A stretch of 64,000 nucleotides of DNA from Bacteroidales bacterium UBA1176 (lineage in GTDB: Bacteria > Bacteroidota > Bacteroidia > Bacteroidales > WCHB1-69), in the NCBI GenBank assembly GCA_002311645.1, contig DBYW01000034.1:146996-210995 (forward strand), given 5' to 3'. This document shows positions 1 to 9,200 of this stretch, piece after piece (position 1 is the stretch's first letter; every line of letters begins with the position of its first letter). The notes beneath the pieces are model-generated. The model made no database searches and was not told where the DNA came from. It saw only the letters and a list, made by a program, of their open reading frames with translations. The position numbers and the translations under genes were made by a program.

Positions 1-807
1 GGAACTGGTGCTGCCGGCGACGGAGAGCGGCACAATTTCGGCGGCATAGCCGTTGCGGATCTTCCATTCAGCATAAGGCTCCATAGCCTCACAAAAGTTA
101 TCGGGGGCGAGGATCAGCATGTCGCCGTACTCCTCCAACGGATTGGATTTGGCGGTGCTATAGTTCAGGAAGTGGTTGGCATAGACGTCGTCGAAGCCTT
201 TGGCCACGCGGTCGAGGCGGCGGATGCCCGCATTGCTGTTGTAGCGGACACGCACGGTCATGCTGCTATAGGCTTTCAGTTGCTTGCTGACGGGGTTGTA
301 GGCGAAGGGGTAGAAATGCAGGGCCACGCCGCTATAGTCGCGCAAGCGGTAGGTCTCGCCCATACTAACCGTGTTGTCGTTCAGAAAGCGATTCTCAAAG
401 TAGGAAGCACCCTTCATATAGGCCACGGTCGCGGGGTCCACGTTACGGTAAAGGCGGCCTTTGGAGGGGGCCAGTTCGAAATTGCGCACCAACGAGTAGT
501 CGGATTCCAGCACTTCCACGGTGGGGTTGCTGCCATCGGGCACGATGAGCGAAACAGCGGTCTGCAACAATTCGGGAGCGCCAGCCTTCTGCACAGGATA
601 GGCCTGCGGCATGACGAGCTTGTACATCTCCTCGCCGTTCACGTCCACGGGAATGCTCTTGTATGCGGGGTAGTCCACACGCACCACGGCACCTTCAGCG
701 GAGGATTCCAACAAAGTGAAACGAATGCCTTGCGCCTGGACGGACATTATCGTGAAAACAAGTAAAATGAGTGAGAAAAGAGCGATTTTCTTGAGAGAAT
801 CTTTCAT
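1..807 (-). CDS. Gingipain-like peptidase C25 precursor, N-terminal part (runs off the window start)
   Basis: Not in the ORF track; translated by hand from ATG at 807. MKDSLKKIALFSLILLVFTIMSVQAQ is a signal peptide. LAPSKG and LRDYSGVALHFYPFAYNPVSKQLKAYS resemble the C25 propeptide. EEYGDMLILAPDNFCEAMEPYAEWKIRNG resembles the start of the Rgp catalytic domain. Confidence 0.85.
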   Translation of the reverse strand, partial: MKDSLKKIALFSLILLVFTIMSVQAQGIRFTLLESSAEGAVVRVDYPAYKSIPVDVNGEEMYKLVMPQAYPVQKAGAPELLQTAVSLIVPDGSNPTVEVLESDYSLVRNFELAPSKGRLYRNVDPATVAYMKGASYFENRFLNDNTVSMGETYRLRDYSGVALHFYPFAYNPVSKQLKAYSSMTVRVRYNSNAGIRRLDRVAKGFDDVYANHFLNYSTAKSNPLEEYGDMLILAPDNFCEAMEPYAEWKIRNGYAAEIVPLSVAGSTSS

Positions 808-1014
808 AAAATAGTGTTTTGTAAAAAGCGCGCAAAGATAACAAAAAAACATTTGGTTTTACATGTCGGAAAAAGGATTTTAAACATTGTTTTTTAGCGT
901 TTTTTGTTTACTTTTGCGCAGCAAATGAAGAAAATTTTCCGCTTTTCAACTAAAGCGTTCTCATTGACCTATTTTGCTGATTCAGAAGTGACATTTATCC
1001 CATAAAATATTGCC

Positions 1015-1545
1015 ATGATGGACAAGAAAAGTTTACGACAGGAGATTCGGAGACGGAAAAAAGAACACACGCCAGCGGAGTTGATGGCGCAATCGGAATG
1101 TATCATGAAAAAATTGGCCGCACATCCGGCGTTCGTTGCGGCGGAGCGGGTGATGCTATACGCCTCGCTACCTGACGAGGTGCAGACCTTGGCTTTCATC
1201 GACGAGTGGAAGGGGCGCAAGCACATCATCCTGCCCACGGTGGTGGGCGATGATATCGTGCCCGTGGAGACCACATCAGAGGGAAAGATGGTGGAGGGTG
1301 ACTTCCACATCTTAGAGCCGAAGAACAATCCATACGAGGGCGGCTTCGACCTCATCTTGGTGCCGGGCATGGCCTTCGACCGAGCGGGACACCGTCTCGG
1401 ACGCGGACGCGGCTACTACGACCGCTTCCTCGCAAAACATCCCGACGTCAAGACCATCGGACTATGCTTCGACTTCCAGTTGATGGAGGAGATCCCCACG
1501 GAAGCGCACGACAGAGTGATAGAAACGGTGATAACTTATCCGTGA
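1015..1545 (+). CDS. ygfA: 5-formyltetrahydrofolate cyclo-ligase
   Basis: DLILVPGMAFDRAGHRLGRGRGYYDRFL signature, N-terminal KKSLRQEIR and C-terminal EAHD. Confidence 0.95.
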   Translation: MMDKKSLRQEIRRRKKEHTPAELMAQSECIMKKLAAHPAFVAAERVMLYASLPDEVQTLAFIDEWKGRKHIILPTVVGDDIVPVETTSEGKMVEGDFHILEPKNNPYEGGFDLILVPGMAFDRAGHRLGRGRGYYDRFLAKHPDVKTIGLCFDFQLMEEIPTEAHDRVIETVITYP

Positions 1546-1611
1546 TTTTTTTCGTATTTTTGCCGTCCATTAAACAAATCTGAAATACAAACAGTTAAAA
1601 TCCCATCTGAT

Positions 1612-2823
1612 ATGAAAGAAAAATTGCTGACCCGTTTTTCCAAGTACATTTCCTACGCAACGACATCCGACGAAAGCTCGCAGAGCTATCCGTCCACGCA
1701 GGCGTTAATGGATTTTGCCGGCGTGATGGTCGAGGAGCTCAAGGCCATCGGCATGAAGGAGGTCGAGCGTGACCAATACGGCTACGTCACGGCGCTGCTG
1801 CCTGCCAACACCGACGAGAAAGCCCCCACCATCGGTTTCATCGCCCATATAGACACCGCCCCTGACATGCCGGGCATCGCCGCCCCCCGCATCATCGAGA
1901 ACTACGACGGCAACGACATTCTCCTCGATGCCGAGAGCAAGACCTCCCTCACCCTAGCCGACTTCCCGGAGTTAGCCGACTACAAGGGGCAGACGCTTCT
2001 CGTAACCGACGGCAAGACCCTGTTGGGTGCTGACGACAAGGCCGGTGTCGCCGAGATTGTCTGCGCCATCGAGTACCTCATCCAGCATCCCGAGATCAAG
2101 CACGGTCCCATCAAGGTAGCCTTCACGCCCGACGAAGAGATCGGACAGGGCGTCAAATACTTCGACACCGCAAAGTTCGGCTGCGACTTCGGCTACACCA
2201 TGGACGGCGGTGCCATCGGGGAATTGGAATTCGAGAACTTCAACGCTGCCAGTGCGCTCATCAAAATCCAGGGGCGCAACATCCACCCGGGCTATGCCAA
2301 GAACAAGATGGTGAACTCGCAGCTCATCGCCATGGAACTCAACGCCATGCTGCCGGAATTCGAGCGCCCGCAATACACGCAGGACTACGAAGGATTCTTC
2401 CTGCTCACCCATATAGAGGGCACGGTGGAAAACACCCAACTCAACTACATTATCCGTGACCACGACCGCCAGAAGTTCGAGGCCAAGAAGAAGATGATGT
2501 CAGACATCGTGGATTTCCTCAACCTCAAGTACGGCAACCGGCTGACTTGCGAGATCAAGGACCAGTACTACAACATGCGGGAAAAGGTGGAGCCTGTCTT
2601 CTACGTGGTGGAGCGGGCCATGAAGGCGATGGAAGAGGCGGGTGTGAAACCTGTCGTGCAGCCCATCCGCGGCGGCACCGACGGTGCGAACCTCTCCTTC
2701 CGGGGCCTCCCCTGCCCCAACATCTTCGCCGGCGGGCACAACTTCCACGGCAAATACGAGTATGTACCGTTAGAGTCGATGGTGAAGGCTACTGAGGTGA
2801 TTGTGAACATCGCGAAAGTGTAA
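1612..2823 (+). CDS. pepT: Peptidase T (M20B tripeptide aminopeptidase)
   Basis: GFIAHIDT, LLGADDKAG, FTPDEEIG, PIRGGTDGA and GGHNFHG motifs. Confidence 0.97.
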   Translation: MKEKLLTRFSKYISYATTSDESSQSYPSTQALMDFAGVMVEELKAIGMKEVERDQYGYVTALLPANTDEKAPTIGFIAHIDTAPDMPGIAAPRIIENYDGNDILLDAESKTSLTLADFPELADYKGQTLLVTDGKTLLGADDKAGVAEIVCAIEYLIQHPEIKHGPIKVAFTPDEEIGQGVKYFDTAKFGCDFGYTMDGGAIGELEFENFNAASALIKIQGRNIHPGYAKNKMVNSQLIAMELNAMLPEFERPQYTQDYEGFFLLTHIEGTVENTQLNYIIRDHDRQKFEAKKKMMSDIVDFLNLKYGNRLTCEIKDQYYNMREKVEPVFYVVERAMKAMEEAGVKPVVQPIRGGTDGANLSFRGLPCPNIFAGGHNFHGKYEYVPLESMVKATEVIVNIAKV

Positions 2824-2852
2824 ACGTTCTATCTTTCACCCGAATATACAAG

Positions 2853-2890
2853 CAGAGGGCATTTCCATAGGGAAGTGCCCTCTGTTTGTC
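2853..2890 (+). terminator. Intrinsic terminator after pepT
   Basis: Hairpin CAGAGGGCATTTCC-ATAG-GGAAGTGCCCTCTG followed by a T-rich tract. Confidence 0.7.
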
Positions 2891-2900
2891 TGTTTTATTT

Positions 2901-3040
2901 CGGAATTATCCCTTTAAGTCTTGCAAAAAATGGTGTGATAATCTGCGTTAATCTGCGTGGTCTGCGGGACAATTATATGTCCGCCGAACTCGCAGAAATA
3001 CGCAGACAGGATATTAACAAGATTCAAGGGGATAATTCTG
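2901..3040. mobile_element. MITE, copy 1 (IS1595-family-like ends, 8-bp target-site duplication)
   Basis: Imperfect TIRs CGGAATTATCCCTTTAAGTCTTG / CAAGATTCAAGGGGATAATTCTG. Flanked by direct repeat TTTTATTT at 2893-2900 and 3041-3048. Internal TCTGCG/CGCAGA repeats. Homologous copy at 35470-35610. Confidence 0.8.
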
Positions 3041-3141
3041 TTTTATTTTATACTTACAATCAAAATATTATGGGATTCCTCCAAAACAATTTTAATTATT
3101 GATTGTTAACCAAACATTGTGATTTAGCAAAAAATTCAGGA

Positions 3142-3200
3142 GGTTCCGCGCACCCACCATTCCGCCAGCTCCGCCAGCGGAACCCCAAACAAACACCCAC
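3142..3200. repeat. Dispersed small repeat CCCACCATTCCG...GCGGAACC
   Basis: The same motif recurs at 40134-40165 and, inverted, at 45412-45452. Confidence 0.6.
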
Positions 3201-3225
3201 TCGCTAACCTCTGGCGGACCCCCCC

Positions 3226-3262
3226 AAAAAAAAACGGCCTCCCCTTCTGGGGAAGCCGTTTT
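3226..3262 (-). terminator. Intrinsic terminator of the giant fibre gene (possibly bidirectional)
   Basis: Hairpin AAAACGGCCTCCCC-TTCT-GGGGAAGCCGTTTT with an A-tract on the + strand, which is a U-tail on the minus strand. Confidence 0.75.
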
Positions 3263-3288
3263 GCTATCGTATTGAATCAGTATTCCTA

Positions 3289-6200
3289 TTAGTAGGTGAC
3301 ATCCTGCACGCAACGCACGGCACAACCAAAGGCTTTGTCGTAATCGGCAGAGAAGTATCCCACACTGGGTGATAATGAACCGACATACAAATGATACGCA
3401 TGGGTGGTACCGCTGGTTGTGGAACTCCAGTAATACACATACGAACCTAAACCAGATGCGGCTCCGTTGTCTCCATCAATTCGTCCGGCATATTGGGCAT
3501 TGAAGGTGCCGGTAAGAATATCCTGTCCAAAACCCTTCAAATTATTTAATTCTGTCTGAGTGGGGAGGTGCCAGCCACGCGGGCATACACCTTGGGTCTT
3601 GCCTTGCGAGGTGGTCATGTTGGATCCGACAGGATAGTTCGTCGTACCGTTACCGGAAGCGGCAGTCCAGTTGTACATGTATCCGTAATTATAAGAACCA
3701 GCAACATAACTGCTATTATGTGAAGGATAATACTTGTACGGTGAGGAGGTTGACATATTGGATGAACCGCCTGATGTTTTCGTTGTAATGGTAGTGCCAG
3801 AACCCATTGAACTGGCATTGTCGTAACGGACCGCCTTCATGTTGCTCTTCATCCAACAATAGCTGCCAATCTTGACCGTTTCGTATGTATAGCCGCTCTG
3901 GTCTTTGAGTGTTCTGGCTGCGTCACTGGAGGAACCGGAGGCACAGTTAATCTGGGTCGTGATAGTCTTGTATGAACTACTGTAACCATCATAGACATTA
4001 CTAACATTGGTGCCGAATTGGCGGATGTAGTACGTGGTGTTAGGGCTCAAGCCGGTGATGGTGAAATCCTGGTCGGAAGCGGAAGATGCGGTCACCTTGA
4101 CCCACTTCGTTGCGGCTTGGCTGGTATTAGTAGTGATATACTTTCTAATGGTATCAGGAGATGATTTGGCCGCCAACGTGGCATTGGTGGTGTAAATCAC
4201 ACCTCTTCTTACCAAACCACTCAAATAAGAAGCGCCATAGTTACTACAGTTCGTATGGAGTTTGATGGTATTCTTGGTGACATTGGCACTGTAATAATAC
4301 GGGGACTCATATTGATAAGCACTGTTGGAGGACCACGTCATGGTCGGGGTGTTAGGTGTGGTGAAGGTGACATCGTTCCCGTATCTTGCAACGCCATCTT
4401 GTATCACGTAGGCACGGATATGCCACGTCTTGTTCGGAGTGCGCAAACCTCCTCTACTCCAAGAAAACGCATCGCTCGCATTGGTGATGGACTTTTTGTC
4501 AAAATAACTGGTTATGGTCGGATTGGCAGATTCGCTCATCACAAAACCCCTTTCCGTAACTGCGGGATTGGGCGTGTTGGTCACAGTGCCCGTAAACAGG
4601 TAACTGGCTCCATCGCTTGTGTTCGTGCCATTCCACGTGGGAGTGCCGGTGGACACCGTCGCGTTGGCATAGGTGGTGAATATCTTCTCAATGGTCGTGT
4701 CGGCATTCTGGCAATAGGTTGTCCAATAGCCTTGACCGTTGAGCATATACCTAACTTCGGCTTTGATCTTATACGTTGCGCCGGATTCCAAACCGGAAAG
4801 CGTATAGTAATACCATGCACCAGAGTAAGTGCCGCTGGAAGGCTTTTCTGTAAGGTTGGCAGAAACACCATTTTTGGTTGTAGTTCCAAGGGTCGTTCTG
4901 GTGAAATTTCCGACCAAATCCCAAGAACTTCCATTCTTTTTGTAGAGGTAGAAACCGTAGTTGGTGATAGAGTCCGCACCATTCTTATAGCAGTATGCTT
5001 TGAATTTGCAAGAAGTGGTGGCCATGTTATAGGGGTCATACGTGTTCACACGGGCGCCCTTCATGGTAGAGAAGCTCTTCACCTCACCATACTGGGTGCC
5101 GTTGGCGTTCTTGGCGTATGCACGGTAGTAGTAGGTGGTGTTCTGGGCGAGACCTGTGAGGGAGGCAGTGAACGATCCTGTGGAAGAAACGGTCACAGTC
5201 TTCGTGCTGTTGGAAATGGTCGGGGTGCTCGTTTCAGAGGCCTTGGCATAGCAGATACCCATTTCCGTCACATTGGAGGCGCTGAAGGTGCTGCTGACAC
5301 CGTCGGTGTACAGCGTGCCGGTGATGGTGGCGGTAGAGAAAGCGACATCAGAGTGTGTTCCCGTGGCCACAGACGGCGGGGTGGCACCCTTCACGCAACG
5401 GACAGAATAACCGGAAGTGGCGAAGGCACCGCTGAAAATTTGGAACTCGCTATTATCATTTCTTAAAACACAGCGATTGTCATCAGATGTTCTGAAAATA
5501 GTAGATACTGTTTGCTCCTGGGCACTTCCCGAATAATAGCCTGCCGGATATGCGTTGAATCCAGTGGCATTGTTCGTGGACGGGGTGTTTCCTGGAGCAC
5601 AATTCGTGGAATTATCAGCCCAACCATAGGTTGCATTGGCGGAAGTGCTAGCCAAAGCCTTGGCTATGCTGGTGCTGCTGCCACCACACTGATAACTGGT
5701 CTGGCCGGAGACATAGTTCTTCATGGTTGTATACTCTGCCGAAGAAGGCAAATGCCAACCGGTAGGACAGATTCCCTGCACACCAGCCGTGGAAGTCATA
5801 TTGCGGGTAGAGGCTGCAAAGGTGTAAAGATAGCCCGTGGAGGTGTTGTATGTTGTGGGGCTGTATTTGGAAATGGTGCCGCCGCCCGGATAACTGGTGC
5901 TGCGCAGGTTTTGGGCCGTCCAGCACTGCGTGCCAATTTGCACGGTGTTATAGCTGTTGCCGTTCTGGTCGGAAACCGTGGGGGTGCCAGGGCACTTCAA
6001 ACCGCCACCATCCGCCGGAGTGGTGAAACTGTACTCGTCACTGTAAGACCAACCCACGCTGTTTTGAGCCGCCGCACGGAAATAATAAGTGGTATTTGCT
6101 TCCAAATTGGTGGTTGAGATGAAGTTTCCGGCATTATTATCCGCAAATGAACCATAAGCAATATGATTGCTTGGGGAGGGATGAGGAGTCTTGGAGTAAT

Positions 6201-9200
6201 AAATACGGCGGTATGAAATAGAGGCTCCACCTGTATTGGTAACCCTTGCCGTAATATTTTTTTGATACGCAGGACTGGTGGATGCGCTCTGATTGGTGAT
6301 TTCCACCGTAGGCAGCGTCGGCGAAGAGGCCGTGGTACCGGCATCCTTCAAGCAGCGGACACCGTAGTTTGAAGAGGCCATTCCTGTGCTAACGGAAGCT
6401 TCTGTTGAGGAATAGCCTATCTGCAATCTGCTATAACCTGTATTCGTACTAACTATATAAGCCCAACTTGTGTTATAATTAGGATAGACCAAGAAATTCA
6501 AGCCTGATCCGTTGTTGGTACCTTGGCTATTACCAGGTGTGTTGGTGGTGGAAGATGTATTCCATCCGGAGGTTGCGGCCAATTTCTTGGCGGAACCCGT
6601 GCCGGCGTAGGTAATCAACTCATTCCATTCCGCATTGCTCGGGATATGCCAACCCACCGGGCAGATACCTCTCACACCGCTCGGATTGGCGGAAGAGGCA
6701 GAAGCTCCGTACATTGCCACCTCCCAAGTGTAGGATTTTCCCGTATAGGATGCATTGGCACCAGGAGTGCTGTAGGTGATGGGCGTGTTGTCGGCAGCCT
6801 TGGTCACTTTGAGGTTCTCCTTGAGCCAACACTGGGAACCGATCATCACAGTGTTGTAGGTGTTGCCGTTGATGTCGGTGATGGTGGCCAAGCCCGGGCA
6901 GGGCTGACCGTCTTCCACCGTGTGGAAGGCCTTGGCCACACCGTAGGCCGTGTCAACAGCATTGATGGCGTAAGCACGATAGTAGTACTGGGTGTTGGTG
7001 GTGAGACCCGTTATGGTATATCCCGGCATAGTATAGGGCAAGGTGAGAGAATAGGGGCTTGTTCCGGATTCTTTCACCTTGGTACTCCAGGTTACACTGC
7101 TGGAAGTGCCCACAATTACACCGCAGCGGATAATGGGCATGTCTCCATCATCAGTGATTTTGCCGCCCAAGATCCAGGCGCTGTTTTGGGTGACATTCTT
7201 GGTGCTGTCGATGGTCTCCACCTTGGGAGCGTTCACCTTCGGCAACTCAGAGGCAGTAGAAGCGTCTTCATCACGCACACAACGCACCTGCTGACCATAA
7301 TAGTAGTCGTATGAGGTATAGTCTGCATATAATGCTGAAGCTATATAAGGACAATAAGGTTCATCAGAACCATACAGAGTACTTGACCAAAATGCGGCAT
7401 ATTCTCCGTATTCAAGAACTCCAGCTGTTCCTGTTCCATTAATCTCACCTAATGGAATACCTGAAAAACCAAGTTTGTTCCAAGTGTTGTCTGGAGAATT
7501 ACCGCCAACAGTCCACAAATTATTGTTTGCAGCTAATTCATGAGAATAATTGCCATATTTGGTATTAACGTAAGTCTCCAATTCGCTCCATTCAGCATAA
7601 CTGGGCACGTGCCATCCGTTAGGACAAATACCCTGTACACCGCTCGGCTTGTTGTTGCTGGAGGTCGGGTTTGTACCACCTCTCATCACCGCAAACCAGT
7701 TGTACAGATATCCGTATTGGTTTCCAACATTGATGCTGTTATTAGGATAATATCCCGCATAAGATTTATCCTCCTTATAGGTTGATCCACTATACATAGG
7801 AATCGTTGTGCCGTCCGCGTATGCTGTGCTTCTCAAACTTTCTTTCATCCAGCATTGGTTACCAATCTTGACAGTATTGTAGGTATGGCCATTATAGTCA
7901 GAAACCGTCGGGGTGGTAGGACAAGCCTCACCATCCTTCGGGGTGTTCAATTCCTTGTTGAGATCCTTGATGCTGTCGAGAAGGTCGTCAATCTGGTCGT
8001 TCAAATCCTGGAACTTGGCGAGGATATTGTTATAAACGTTTTGCAAGTCGCAGAAGTTCACCGCCTGCTCGCAGTCGCCAGTACCGGTGGTGGTGGAGAG
8101 GTTGAGGGCGCCGTCGGTGCCCACGTTGTCGAGCACGGAGGGGACCTCTATGCTACCGGTGGCGGTAACCGTAGTGTTGCCGGTAAAGGTCTTGTCGCCA
8201 CCAATGGTCTCGTCATCGGTCTTGGTCACATAGTTGCTCATGTCGGCGGTGGTGAGATATTGGCTCATATCAGGTTTTCTCTTGATGTAAGCCTTGGAAG
8301 TGGCATCTGTCTCTTCCCAATCGGACTGTACCTGTTCGGGAACGTCGAGAGCCGTGATATAGCCCTGGTCATTGTTGAAAGCGCTCACGTCGGTCGGTAT
8401 CGTCGGAATAGTCGGCTTGTTCTGGATGAAGGAGACAGCCGTGGAGTCTGTTTCGTTCCAATCGGCCTGTTGTTGGGCAGGAACGTCCGCAGCGGTTATA
8501 AAGCCCCGGTCATTGTTGAAATCACTCAAGTTTTCCGGTTTGTTGGTGAGGTCGTTGTAGTCGTTGGAGAAAGCCATCGTACTGAAAGCGGGCTTGTCAG
8601 AAACATTGTCCCAGTTCACATTCACCTTCACAAAACCGCCGTTGGTCAGGAAGATGGTGTCGTTGCTGATGCTCAGAATCTGGTATTCGGGGGTGATGTT
8701 GATTTCCTGGTTGGTGGCCTGGTTGGCCGTGAAGGTGCCTATTTCCGTGCCGTTCTGCTTGATGGTCAACGTAGCGTCGTTCACTGTCGGGATGTCGGTC
8801 GTCTTCGCATACTGGGCGGCATCGGTCATCTCAGCCACGGTGGTCGGAACAGTGATGTTCACCGTCTTGTTGGTGGCCTGGTTAGCCGTGAAGCTCTCCA
8901 CATTAGTGCCATTCTTCTGAATGGTGATGGTGGCGTCGTTTACCGTCGGAATATCTGTCGTCTTCGCATATTGGGCGGCATCGGTCATCTCGGCCACGGT
9001 AGTCGGGACAGTGATGTTCACCGTCTTGTTGGTGGCCTGGTTGGCCGTGAAGCTCTCCACATCAGCGCCATTCTTCTGAATGGTGATGGTGGCGTCGTTC
9101 ACCGTCGGGAGGGTCGGCGTGCCGGTCAGGTCGCTGTATTGGCCGCTTGTGGCCACGGGAGCGAGGGTCGGCGTGCCGGTCAAGTCGCTCCAGTCACCGC

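Noticed and set aside
172-765. 197-aa plus-strand ORF
   Set aside because: It is antisense to the C25 peptidase gene, which the ORF track missed because it runs off the window edge.
3289-3460. Diversity-generating retroelement targeting the FISUMP C-termini
   Set aside because: No reverse transcriptase, avd gene or adenine-variant template copy was found in the window; only a remote DGR remains possible.
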